Shown here piece by piece: positions 1-8,895 of a stretch of 64,000 nucleotides of DNA (positions are counted from its first letter, which is position 1; each line of letters opens with the position of its first letter). The position numbers and the translations under genes are program-made. Source of the DNA: a bacterium (lineage in GTDB: Bacteria > NPL-UPA2 > JAUVJM01); assembly GCA_030606215.1 (NCBI GenBank), contig JAUWGW010000006.1:2207-66206 (forward strand). The letters are read 5' to 3'. Under the pieces are notes generated by a model, which was given only the letters and a program-made list of their open reading frames with translations, ran no database searches and was not told the origin of the DNA.

Positions 1-477
1 AGGTGCAGATGCGGCAGGAGAGGATGTCTTGAGGCAATTGCTTCAGGCTGGGCTATTCTTTCCCGTGTTAGGGAGGAGTTAAGGCAAGGTAGAGAATCTA
101 AGATTTCAAAATTAGTCAACTCCCCACCAGAACATAAGGCAATCAGGTATGTCTTTCAAGCAGCAAGAGAAGGGGACAAATTTGCTCTTCAGGTTATTAA
201 TGAAGCAGGTCATTTCTTAGGGCTGGCAATAGCTAATGCGATAAATTATGCTGATCCGGGATTAGTTGTTCTTGCAGGTTATGTAACATATAAGAGTAGA
301 GGAATGCTTCTACCCATCATCAGGGAAACTGTTAAGGAACATACGGTTAATGGCAGGTTAAGGACAATCAGGATAGAAGAAGGAAGCCTGGGGGAAAACA
401 GCGCACTTATTGGGGCGGCAACGCTTGTTTATCAAGGTGTATTTGGTATAACTTCATCGTCCTGCATTTCACCTTAG
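1..477 (+). CDS. ROK-family protein (NagC/XylR/glucokinase-like), C-terminal part; 5' end lies outside the window
   Basis: Frame 1 is open from the window edge to TAG at 475-477. The C-terminal sequence ...IANAINYADPGLVVLAGYV...SALIGAA... matches the ROK-family C-terminal region. The ORF track did not list it because it has no in-window start. Confidence 0.55.
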   Translation, partial: RCRCGRRGCLEAIASGWAILSRVREELRQGRESKISKLVNSPPEHKAIRYVFQAAREGDKFALQVINEAGHFLGLAIANAINYADPGLVVLAGYVTYKSRGMLLPIIRETVKEHTVNGRLRTIRIEEGSLGENSALIGAATLVYQGVFGITSSSCISP

Positions 478-500
478 CTCTAGCTGCAGGGGATACACTC

Positions 501-1964
501 ATGTTATCCGTAGAAGACAGAGAGATACTCAGAGAAAAAGTTTATGCACTTCTTGAGGATGTTGGTATGAAAGTTGAGAATGAGGAAGTTTGCTCTTTCT
601 TGCTTAAGAACGGTTGTTTTGAGACTCCCTCTAAAAGAATAAGAATACCCAAGAAGTTAATAGATGGAATGGCAATTTCACAGAAAAAAACTCAAAGTGA
701 GGATGATAAAGACCAGGAGCTAATCTTTCCCTGTGGAGTGGATTGGGCGCATTCCATAATCTGGAATAAGAAACAAGATGATATGAGAGATGTATTAAAA
801 AAGAGATTTTTAATGTCTGCTTTTGATTGCGGTCCCACTAAATACTATGATTACAAAAAGAAGGAAAGTATTCCGGTGGATACGGAAATATTTATTGAAA
901 TGAAGAAGTTTGCTCAGGCTACTCCTGAGATAGGTTATATCAGCACGTGGTACAGGCAGGGTGTCCCTGCGAAAATAGAAAGATTGGATTCTTTGATTCT
1001 TGGGCTTAAGCATACAGACAAGTTAGATGGTATTGAAGCTATATATCCAGAGGTAATAAAGTATTTAAAGGAGGCAAGTGAAATAATAACTGGTAGAGAT
1101 GGTGATTCAAGTTATTTAGCCGGTTCGGAATGTATTACTTCTCCTCTTGTATTGGAGAGAAGGTCTGCTGAGGACATATTAGAAAGGAAGAAGAGAGGAA
1201 TAAACAGGTACCATGTTGCTTCCATGCCTACCATAGGAGTATCCACTCCGGTTACCGTAGCGGGAGCTATTGTAATGTCAGCAGCAGAAATCTTAGGTGG
1301 TATGGCTATCTGTTTCCTTCTTGACCCCAAATCAGACCTCTCCGGCAGGATGATTTCAATGGTTACTGATATGAAGACGGGGAATTCTCTCAGTAGTGGA
1401 CCGGAGGTAAGTCTGGTTAATATAGGGGTGAAAGAACTGTTTGATGCTTTCTGGGGAGGGCATCTCTGGGTTGAGGTATTTTTCAGTCCTTCAGCAAAAG
1501 AGCCAGGTTTAATGACAGTATATGAAAACCTTTATGGAGCTTATCGCTATTCTAAGCTAACCAGGAACCCGGATATTCCCTACCCGGGAATGGGAACTTT
1601 AGGCGATGGAGGAATAGGTTCTCCAACTCAATTTATTCTGGATATGGAGATAAGGAAATCTGAGTTTGCTCTCAAAGACAGTATAGATGTTGATGAAGAA
1701 ACCCTCCCTTTCGTCGATATTTGTAAAATGACTGAGGAAAGAAAAGAATTCTTAAGCAGTGAACATACCTTGAAACATTTCCGGGAACTCTGGTCATCAG
1801 ACATACTTAATTTTAAAGGAGATGGAAAAAATATTCTAAATAGATGTGATGAGGTGTGGAGAGAGAATGTCAAAAAATGGGAACCTCCTGAATGGCCGGA
1901 GGATAAAATCAAAGCCCTGAACAATTTATTGGAAAGGGCAAAAGAGGAGCTTTTAAATGCCTGA
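501..1964 (+). CDS. MttB-superfamily protein (trimethylamine/glycine-betaine:corrinoid methyltransferase family; no in-frame amber codon, so non-pyrrolysine)
   Basis: 487 aa. The N-terminus LSVEDREILREKVYALLEDVGMKVENEEVCSFLLKNGCFETPSKRIRIP fits the MttB/MtgB N-terminal pattern (IHxASLEILExxGV...EEAL.LL..AGA.V.G.RVRIP). Size is typical of the family. AGGGGA-like RBS upstream. A paralog lies at 6367-7827. Confidence 0.6.
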   Translation: MLSVEDREILREKVYALLEDVGMKVENEEVCSFLLKNGCFETPSKRIRIPKKLIDGMAISQKKTQSEDDKDQELIFPCGVDWAHSIIWNKKQDDMRDVLKKRFLMSAFDCGPTKYYDYKKKESIPVDTEIFIEMKKFAQATPEIGYISTWYRQGVPAKIERLDSLILGLKHTDKLDGIEAIYPEVIKYLKEASEIITGRDGDSSYLAGSECITSPLVLERRSAEDILERKKRGINRYHVASMPTIGVSTPVTVAGAIVMSAAEILGGMAICFLLDPKSDLSGRMISMVTDMKTGNSLSSGPEVSLVNIGVKELFDAFWGGHLWVEVFFSPSAKEPGLMTVYENLYGAYRYSKLTRNPDIPYPGMGTLGDGGIGSPTQFILDMEIRKSEFALKDSIDVDEETLPFVDICKMTEERKEFLSSEHTLKHFRELWSSDILNFKGDGKNILNRCDEVWRENVKKWEPPEWPEDKIKALNNLLERAKEELLNA

Positions 1965-3012
1965 GAAGATTCGGCTTGGTTTAGTTCGGTGTGACACACA
2001 CAGCTATTATTTTGGCGCAATGCTTAACAAATGCGACCCTCTGCTCTTACAGAAAAATAATTATGTTGTTCATCACTATCTCACCAATATATATAACCCG
2101 AAGCGCTTAACTATGCCAAAGGTCACAGGGTTCAGATTGGTCAAGGTGTACGACTATAATCCAGAGGAGGCAAAAAAGTTTTCTGAAACCTTCCTGAGTA
2201 AGCCTCAAATATGCGAGACCTTAGAGAAAATGACAGAGGGTATTGATGCAGTCTTCATCGCTGACTGTGATGGAGGAGGTGGAGACCATTTAAAGTTGGC
2301 GACCCCTTTCTTGAAGAAAGGCATCCCCGCTTTTGTTGATAAACCATTCGCATCAACTTTAAGAGATGCAAAAGCAGTTGTTGCATTGGGGAAGAAATAT
2401 AATGCTCCAATTTTCAATTCTTCAATTCTAAGTGTTGTTCCTGCTGCAGACCAATTCAAAAATAGGATTAATGAAATTGTCAGAGCATATTGGCCCGTTC
2501 CCTCTTCACTCCCTCCTGCAGGGAGTATTTTGGGTGTGGTGAAGGGTGTTGGAGGTGCCTTTTCCCAGGAACTTAAAGGTAAAGCGATTACTGGCGGGTT
2601 AGAAGAGCGGTTAGCCTATGTCATTCATGGTATTGCGCTCGGGCTAAACCTTTTTGGAAGAAGTGTGGAATGGGTGGAGTGTATGGGGACCCTTCCCCTT
2701 GAATATCTGCATATGCATCTTAAGAGCGGAGTTGAAATCTTGGTAATGAATACTTCCATAGATTTCTTTCCGGAATCTTGCTCCTTCTATGCCGCGGCAT
2801 ATAGTAAATTTGGCACTATCCACTCTCAACCTATAGGTGACCCCGAATTCATTGGAGGAGGTGCGAAGATTCTGCGGCTCTTCAAGAAGATGATTTTAAC
2901 AGGAAAACCACCTGTTCCATATGAGGACATCCTTGAACACATTGCTGTTGTAGAAGCCGGTCAATTAGCACAGAAGACGGGGAAGCGGGTTTATCTAAAA
3001 GATATCACGTAG
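1957..3012 (+). CDS. Divergent Gfo/Idh/MocA-like oxidoreductase-fold protein; the dinucleotide-binding GxGxxG is replaced by RCDTHSY
   Basis: 351 aa. The block [58 protein letters not shown] aligns with the Gfo/Idh/MocA core (DAVxIATP..H......AL.AGKHVLCEKP.A....EA..M...A.K.G). AAGAGGAG RBS 7 nt upstream. ATG overlaps the stop of the upstream gene. A paralog lies at 7847-8878. Confidence 0.5.
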   Translation: MPEKIRLGLVRCDTHSYYFGAMLNKCDPLLLQKNNYVVHHYLTNIYNPKRLTMPKVTGFRLVKVYDYNPEEAKKFSETFLSKPQICETLEKMTEGIDAVFIADCDGGGGDHLKLATPFLKKGIPAFVDKPFASTLRDAKAVVALGKKYNAPIFNSSILSVVPAADQFKNRINEIVRAYWPVPSSLPPAGSILGVVKGVGGAFSQELKGKAITGGLEERLAYVIHGIALGLNLFGRSVEWVECMGTLPLEYLHMHLKSGVEILVMNTSIDFFPESCSFYAAAYSKFGTIHSQPIGDPEFIGGGAKILRLFKKMILTGKPPVPYEDILEHIAVVEAGQLAQKTGKRVYLKDIT

Positions 3013-3021
3013 GGAAGACAT

Positions 3022-3981
3022 ATGCTTAATAAAATTAATATGTTAAGGTCGATGTATCGGATACGTTTCTTTGAAGAGAAAGCAAAGAAACTTTATAAAG
3101 AGGGTATGATGGCTGGCGATTCCTTAGGAGCGCTTCATTCCTATATTGGTGAGGAAGCCATAGCAGTTGGTGCTTGCGCTACACTTAAAAAAGGTGACTA
3201 TGTATTAAGCACTCATAGAGGTCATGGTCACTGTATTGCTAAAGGTGGTAACATAAAGAGGATTATGGCTGAACTTCAAGGGAAAGAAACAGGTTACTCC
3301 CGAGGGAGAGGCGGTTCAATGCACCTTTTTGCTCCTGAGATAGGATTCATGGGTGGGAATGGGATTGTAGGAGGTGGTATTCCAATTGCAGTTGGCACGT
3401 CTTACTCAGCCAGCTACAGAGAGACAGATCAGGTTACAATATGTTTCTTTGGTGATGGAGCTGCAACTCAAGGGACATTCCACGAATCCTTAAACATAGC
3501 TTCGCTATGGAAGTTACCGGTTATATTCGTCTGTGAAAACAATCTTTACGCTGTTACTACCCCTGTGTCAGAGACGATATCTATACCAAATATTGGAGAT
3601 AGAGCATGTGCTTATGGTATGCCAGGGAAGGTCGTAGATGGTAACGATGTTTTGCAGGTTTATGAAACTGTCTTAGAAGCTGTAAATAGAGCACGAGCTA
3701 AAGAATGGCCAACATTAATTGAATGCAGGACATATCGCTGGGACCCTCATTGTTTTGTTATCCCTGAAACGAGGGGAGGAGATGAGATAAAAGATTGGAA
3801 GACCAAGGACCCAATTGCCCGCTTTGAGAAGATTCTTTTAGATGAAGGCGCTATAACAGGAGAGCAAGTGGGAAAGATAAGGTCAGAGATTATTAAAGAG
3901 ATAGATGAGGCAGAGGAATTTGCCAGAAATAGCCCGTATCCAGATGTTGTGGAATTCAAAAGAGAGGTAGATGTTTACTGA
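3022..3981 (+). CDS. TPP-dependent 2-oxoacid dehydrogenase E1 component, alpha subunit (PdhA/AcoA family)
   Basis: 319 aa. TPP-binding motif FFGDGAATQGTFHESLNIASLWKLPVIFVCENNLYAV (GDG...NN). E1-alpha motifs ...THRGHGHCIAKG... and RGRGGSMH are present. Confidence 0.85.
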   Translation: MLNKINMLRSMYRIRFFEEKAKKLYKEGMMAGDSLGALHSYIGEEAIAVGACATLKKGDYVLSTHRGHGHCIAKGGNIKRIMAELQGKETGYSRGRGGSMHLFAPEIGFMGGNGIVGGGIPIAVGTSYSASYRETDQVTICFFGDGAATQGTFHESLNIASLWKLPVIFVCENNLYAVTTPVSETISIPNIGDRACAYGMPGKVVDGNDVLQVYETVLEAVNRARAKEWPTLIECRTYRWDPHCFVIPETRGGDEIKDWKTKDPIARFEKILLDEGAITGEQVGKIRSEIIKEIDEAEEFARNSPYPDVVEFKREVDVY

Positions 3982-4026
3982 ACCCCGTGTCATTCTGACC
4001 CTGAGTGAAGCGAAGGGGAAGAATCT

Positions 4027-5031
4027 ATGGAAGGCAGCATGCGAGAAATAAGGTATGTTGATGCTTTAAATGAAGCACTATGTGAAGAAATGGAGAGAGA
4101 TAAAAATGTCTTTCTCATTGGAGAAGATATAGGTCCCTTAGGAGGAGGTTTTGGAGTAAGCAAAGGGCTCTTTGATAAGTTTGGTGAGAAGAGAGTGAGA
4201 CAAACACCAATCTCAGAGTCAGCCATCATAGGAACGGCAGTTGGAACCGCAATGACAGGTTTGAAGCCAATTGCTGAGATAATGTATATAGATTTTATCA
4301 CCTGCGGGATGGATCAGGTAATAAATCAGGCGGCAAAACTTTCTTTCATGTCCGGAGGCGGTATAAAAATTCCTCTGGTTATCAGGACACAACAGGGAAT
4401 TGGAACGAGGGAAGCCGCCCAGCATAGCCAGAACTTAGAAGCCTGGTTTGTCCACACTCCAGGTCTTAAGGTTGTGATGCCTGCAACTCCCTATGATGCG
4501 AAAGGATTGCTCAAAGCAAGTATCAGGGATGATTCGCCTGTAGTCTTTATTGAGAATAGACTCCTGTATTTCAAGAAAGATACTGTGCCTGAAGGTGAGT
4601 GGTTAGTTCCCTTAGGAGAAGCTGAAATTAAAAGAGAAGGGAATGATATTACTGTAATTGCTACTTCTCTTATGGTACATAAGGCATTGGAAACCGCAGC
4701 TACTCTTTCGCCGGAAATAAGTGTAGAGGTAATTGATTTAAAAACTTTGGTGCCACTTGATATAAAGAGAATAATTGAGTCAGTGAAGAAAACAGGCAAA
4801 ATTTTGGTTCTTCATGAGGCACCTACAAGAGGAGGAGTAGGGGCAGAGATATTAAGAGAAGTAATGAAGGAAGCATTTAGGTATTTAGTTACTCCACCAA
4901 GAGTTCTTGGAGGTTTAAATACACCTATTCCCTTCTCTCCTCCTCTGGAGGACGTTTGTGTACCCCAGACAAAAGATATTGTCAAAATGGTGAGAGAGAT
5001 TATAAAGGAGAAATGGAATGAGCGAAATTGA
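4027..5031 (+). CDS. TPP-dependent 2-oxoacid dehydrogenase E1 component, beta subunit (PdhB/AcoB family; transketolase-like C-terminal domain)
   Basis: 334 aa. IRYVDALNEAL...VFLIGEDIG..GGGFGVSKGLFDKFGEKRVRQTPISESAIIGTAVGTAMTGLKPIAEIMYIDF is a typical E1-beta N-terminus. It lies immediately downstream of the alpha subunit. Confidence 0.85.
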   Translation: MEGSMREIRYVDALNEALCEEMERDKNVFLIGEDIGPLGGGFGVSKGLFDKFGEKRVRQTPISESAIIGTAVGTAMTGLKPIAEIMYIDFITCGMDQVINQAAKLSFMSGGGIKIPLVIRTQQGIGTREAAQHSQNLEAWFVHTPGLKVVMPATPYDAKGLLKASIRDDSPVVFIENRLLYFKKDTVPEGEWLVPLGEAEIKREGNDITVIATSLMVHKALETAATLSPEISVEVIDLKTLVPLDIKRIIESVKKTGKILVLHEAPTRGGVGAEILREVMKEAFRYLVTPPRVLGGLNTPIPFSPPLEDVCVPQTKDIVKMVREIIKEKWNERN

Positions 5032-6367
5032 AGATTTAAAAAAAGATGCTCTGGCTTACATTTGCCCGCATTTTGCATCTAACACAGAACTTTCTAAAGG
5101 ACCAAAGATATTTGTCAAAGGAGAAGGCTGTTACGTTTATGATATAGAAGGAAACTGCTATCTGGATACCTTTGCATCTCTTCTCACCACAATATGCGGT
5201 CATAATCGCTCTGAGATAGCGAAGGTGGTTCAGGAACAAATGAAGCAGTTAGAGTTTTTCCCAAATTATGTGGATACTTTCACCGTGCCGCTTATAAAGT
5301 TGGCAAAGAAATTAGCTGAGATTACTCCAGGAGACCTTTCGGTCTCCTTCTTTGTTAACAGCGGTTCTGAAGCCTGTGAGACTGCCATAAAGATGGCAAG
5401 ACAGTACCACTTAGAAAAAGGAGAACGTTCAAGATATAAGATTATTGCAAGGAGATATTCTTATCATGGGACAACCCTGGGTGGCGTATCAGCCACTGGG
5501 ATACCATGGTTCAGGGAATATTTCGAGCCTCTACTTCCTGGATTTATCCATGTAATTGCTCCACATTGTTTCAGGATGGGACTTGAGCCAGATGAATGTA
5601 AAGAAATCTGCTTAAAGGCAATGGAGGAGACAATTCTCTGGGAGGGGCCTGAGTCAGTTGCGGCAGTTATCCTTGACCCTATTCCTGGTTCAAATATGGG
5701 TTATCCACTTCCTCCTGATGGGTATCTTCAGGGCATAAGAAAGATATGTAATAAATATGGGATTTTGCTTATTTTTGATGAAGTGCAGACTGGTTTTGGT
5801 AAGACAGGAAAAATGTTTGCTTGTGAACACTGGGATGTGACACCGGACATTATGGCTATTGGTAAAGGGTTTACTGGTGGATATATACCTCTGGCTGCAA
5901 CCATAACCACACCCGGGATATATGAAGTATTCAAGAAACCCGGTTCTGAATTCCGCAGCGGCAGCACATATGGAGGGCATACGACTGCATGTGCTGCTAC
6001 TCTTACTAATATAGATATAATTGAGAAGGAAAATCTTGTAGAAAAAGCGGCGGAGATGGGAAAGTATTTAAAAAGTAAATTGGAGGAACTATATAAGTAC
6101 AGAATAGTTGCAGATTTTCGTGGTATAGGGATGCTCTGGGCAATAGAACTGATGGCGGATAGAGAAAAGAGAAAGCCGCTTGATACAAAGCTCAATGTAG
6201 GCAGCTGGATAAGAGAATGGTGCTGGAAGAATAAGATGATTCTCAGGAATAATGCCGATATTCTCGTTATTGCACCTGCGCTTGTGATGACAAAAGACCA
6301 GATAGATGAAATGCTTGGCAAAATTGACCAGGCTATAGGAGAAGCAATTAAACAATTCAATCTGTGA
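5018..6367 (+). CDS. Class-III (omega) aminotransferase, PLP-dependent
   Basis: 449 aa. Motifs GSEACETAIKMARQY, ILLIFDEVQTGFGKTGKMFA and MAIGKGFTGGYIPLAA (PLP-binding Lys) are characteristic of the aspartate aminotransferase fold type I, class III. Overlaps the upstream gene by 14 nt. Confidence 0.8.
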   Translation: MSEIEDLKKDALAYICPHFASNTELSKGPKIFVKGEGCYVYDIEGNCYLDTFASLLTTICGHNRSEIAKVVQEQMKQLEFFPNYVDTFTVPLIKLAKKLAEITPGDLSVSFFVNSGSEACETAIKMARQYHLEKGERSRYKIIARRYSYHGTTLGGVSATGIPWFREYFEPLLPGFIHVIAPHCFRMGLEPDECKEICLKAMEETILWEGPESVAAVILDPIPGSNMGYPLPPDGYLQGIRKICNKYGILLIFDEVQTGFGKTGKMFACEHWDVTPDIMAIGKGFTGGYIPLAATITTPGIYEVFKKPGSEFRSGSTYGGHTTACAATLTNIDIIEKENLVEKAAEMGKYLKSKLEELYKYRIVADFRGIGMLWAIELMADREKRKPLDTKLNVGSWIREWCWKNKMILRNNADILVIAPALVMTKDQIDEMLGKIDQAIGEAIKQFNL

Positions 6368-7827
6368 TGACAATGGCACTCAACTATGCTTATCCTACTT
6401 ATAAAATGGATATAACGAGTGAAATACTTGATGAATGCTGTGATATTGCTGTGAGATTATTGAAAGAAGTTGGCATGGAGGTAGGGCATGAAAGATTCCT
6501 GGATACAATAAAAAGGAGAAGTGGAATAAAAATTGAAGGGAAGAAGGTTCGTTTTGAAGAAGCCCTCGTGCGAAAAAATTTAGAGAGATGCATTGCTGAG
6601 AGTAAAGAGGTGTTGAAGCAGAAAGAAGAAGGGCGAGATAACAAGTGGAGGCTGATGTCAAATGGATATTCTATGTGTGTTATTGATATTGAAACTGATG
6701 AAATCAGGCCTGCGACCTGTCAGGATTTAAGAGACCTGATTAAACTGAAGGATTCTTTTGGAATAGTTGGGTCCTACCCGGTTATGCCACAAGACCTTCC
6801 TCCTTTAATGAGAGCTATCGCTTGTTTTAAAATCTGCTGTGAGGCAAGTGACAAAACCAGGCCATATGATTACCAGAATATAAAACAAACAAGATACATA
6901 TACGAAATGTGTAAAGTAATGGGGAAAAGTTTTGAGATAGTATTAAATATCTCACGAACAATGGCGATAGACAGGAATGACATGGATGTTTTCTTTGATT
7001 TTTATCCTGATTGGAAAAAGGGTGGTGATATATCTCTGACAGCTAATAGTTACCCCATGCTTGGAATAAATAAGCCTATCACTGCAACAGGGTGTATTGC
7101 ATTACACATGGCTGAGATGCTTGGAGTACAGGTTTTGTTTAACTTATTTGACCCGGAAATAAAATTAGCGTTTAAGGTTCGAGCTGGGTATCCTACTGAT
7201 ATGAGACACACATGCTGGGCATTTGGTTCTCCCAAAGCTCATCTTTATGCATACTTGAATTCCAGGATTTTTCCCAACCTATGCAAATGTGATAATGGAA
7301 ATTATACGCCTGACACTGTTCGGTTAGAAACAAGCTCAAGCGCAGTGGATGAACAGGCTGCTCTGGAAAAAATAGGGGTGGCAATGGTGGCGGCTCTTCA
7401 AGGATGCAAAAGTTTCTCATATGCTGGAAATCTCTGTGTGGATGACCTTTTTAGCGGTGTGCAGTTTGTAATAGATGTGGAGATATTTAATTATATCAAG
7501 GAAACGATAGAATCTTTCGATCCCCATCCGGACATTTTCAGTATGGACGGGTTATATGAAATGCTGAGGGATGTAAGCATAGGAAAGGAGCAGTTCCTAT
7601 CCCATCCGGACACAGCCGCAAAGTTAAGGAATATTCTACCGTCATCGGAGCGGATTCATCGTGAGAAACTGAGCTCATGGTTTGAGCATAGAAAGACACT
7701 CAAAGATAGGGCAAGGGAAGAATGTATAGAAAGGATAAAAAATTTCCCTGAGTATCATTTGCCTGAGGATAAGCAGAAAGAGCTGGATGCGATATACAAG
7801 AGAGCAAACGCTGACCTTGTGAAATAA
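6367..7827 (+). CDS. MttB-superfamily protein, second paralog (non-pyrrolysine)
   Basis: About 486 aa. ITSEILDECCDIAVRLLKEVGMEVGHERFLDTIKRRSGIKIEGKKVRFEE matches the same N-terminal pattern as 501-1964. ATG at 6367 overlaps the TGA of the aminotransferase; GTG at 6364 is an alternative start. Confidence 0.6.
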   Translation: MTMALNYAYPTYKMDITSEILDECCDIAVRLLKEVGMEVGHERFLDTIKRRSGIKIEGKKVRFEEALVRKNLERCIAESKEVLKQKEEGRDNKWRLMSNGYSMCVIDIETDEIRPATCQDLRDLIKLKDSFGIVGSYPVMPQDLPPLMRAIACFKICCEASDKTRPYDYQNIKQTRYIYEMCKVMGKSFEIVLNISRTMAIDRNDMDVFFDFYPDWKKGGDISLTANSYPMLGINKPITATGCIALHMAEMLGVQVLFNLFDPEIKLAFKVRAGYPTDMRHTCWAFGSPKAHLYAYLNSRIFPNLCKCDNGNYTPDTVRLETSSSAVDEQAALEKIGVAMVAALQGCKSFSYAGNLCVDDLFSGVQFVIDVEIFNYIKETIESFDPHPDIFSMDGLYEMLRDVSIGKEQFLSHPDTAAKLRNILPSSERIHREKLSSWFEHRKTLKDRAREECIERIKNFPEYHLPEDKQKELDAIYKRANADLVK

Positions 7828-7846
7828 AAATTGGGAGGGGTTGGGG

Positions 7847-8878
7847 ATGAAAAAGTTTCGTATTGGGATGATTCGTTGTGATACACATTCCTACTGGTAT
7901 GGAGCATTTATGGCAAAATGCGATATTGCGCTCTTGCAGAAAAACAGTGTTGCTGTCCATGATTACTTTTGCAGATTTAACGAACTGGCCATTTCGCTTG
8001 TTCCGGGACTTGAAATCGTCAGGGTATGGGATTATGATTCCGCTACGGCACAGAAATTCTCCGAGACATTTCTTGGCAAACCACAGGTCTGCGAAACAGT
8101 GGAGGAAATGACAGATGGTATTGATGCGGTGTTTATTGCTGATTCCACTGGAGATGGATCAGACCATCTGGAACTTGCTTCGCCTTTTTTGAAGAAGGGG
8201 ATACCTGCCTTTGTTGATAAGCCATTTGCTTCGAGGTTTAAAGATGCAAAGGCAATGGTGAGGCTGGCGAAGAAGAATGATGTGCCGCTTATGTCAGCAT
8301 CTTTATTGCAAGGATATACCGATACGGCGATAGAGTTTCGCCGTCGGTTCAAAGAGATCGGCCCTATCCAACTTGCGGTGAAAAAGGAAATAGAATTTCG
8401 CCGACGATTTAGAGAAACTAGCCCTATCCGACTTGCGGTGGTGAAAGGACTGACAAGCCTTGCCGGTGTCATTCACGGTATATCCATGGTGCAGGGCTTT
8501 TTCGGAGATGGTGTAGAGTGGGTGGAATGTATGGGTTCGCTTCCTCTGGAGTTCCTACTTCTGCATTATAAGAACGGGTTGCAAGCCATTGTGATGAGTC
8601 CTTCGAATGAGAGTTTTCACTACACCTGCTCCTTCCATTGTTCCGTCTATAGTAGGTTCGGTAAGATCCATAATCGTGGAGTTCTCCATATGCCACCCAT
8701 AGGTGATTTTGAATTTCCCACGGGCACACGGCGAATCGTACTTCAGTTTAAGCAGATGCTAAAAATACGTAAGCCTCCCATCCCTTATGAATTTCTACTT
8801 GAACTGATTGCTATCATGGATGCCGGAAGGATGGCTCAACAAAAAGGAAGGCGAATATATTTGAAGGATGTAAAATAA
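7847..8878 (+). CDS. Divergent Gfo/Idh/MocA-like protein, second paralog; contains an in-frame 2 x 20-aa tandem duplication
   Basis: N-terminus [20 protein letters not shown] and core [58 protein letters not shown] parallel 1957-3012. The GGGAGGGG RBS favours ATG at 7847; the track's 7841 is a TTG start. Confidence 0.5.
   Translation: MKKFRIGMIRCDTHSYWYGAFMAKCDIALLQKNSVAVHDYFCRFNELAISLVPGLEIVRVWDYDSATAQKFSETFLGKPQVCETVEEMTDGIDAVFIADSTGDGSDHLELASPFLKKGIPAFVDKPFASRFKDAKAMVRLAKKNDVPLMSASLLQGYTDTAIEFRRRFKEIGPIQLAVKKEIEFRRRFRETSPIRLAVVKGLTSLAGVIHGISMVQGFFGDGVEWVECMGSLPLEFLLLHYKNGLQAIVMSPSNESFHYTCSFHCSVYSRFGKIHNRGVLHMPPIGDFEFPTGTRRIVLQFKQMLKIRKPPIPYEFLLELIAIMDAGRMAQQKGRRIYLKDVK
8330..8449 (+). repeat. 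In-frame imperfect tandem duplication, 2 x 60 nt, encoding [20 protein letters not shown] / [20 protein letters not shown]
   Basis: Direct comparison of 8330-8389 with 8390-8449 gives about 80% identity. The paralog at 1957-3012 has only one copy of the corresponding segment. Confidence 0.6.
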
Positions 8879-8895
8879 GAAAGGGGGAATCAGGA

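Noticed and set aside
3982-4026. Possible fourth copy of the REP-like element (gtcattctgaccctgagtgaagcgaagggg)
   Set aside because: It shares only the first 7 nt (gtcattc) and does not form the same 9-bp stem. Treated as coincidence, though a weak stem-loop there is possible.
501-7827. Possibility that the MttB-like genes are pyrrolysine-containing (amber read-through) trimethylamine methyltransferases
   Set aside because: Both ORFs are uninterrupted at the full family length (about 487 aa) with no in-frame TAG. There are no pyl genes in the window.
8032-8472. 146-aa minus-strand ORF inside the second Gfo/Idh/MocA-like gene, and many similar antisense ORFs in the track (e.g. 810-1013, 5728-6360, 22067-22381, 38393-38911)
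   Set aside because: They lie entirely within strong opposite-strand genes that have clear family signatures. They have low-complexity or odd composition, no RBS, and are typical shadow ORFs.
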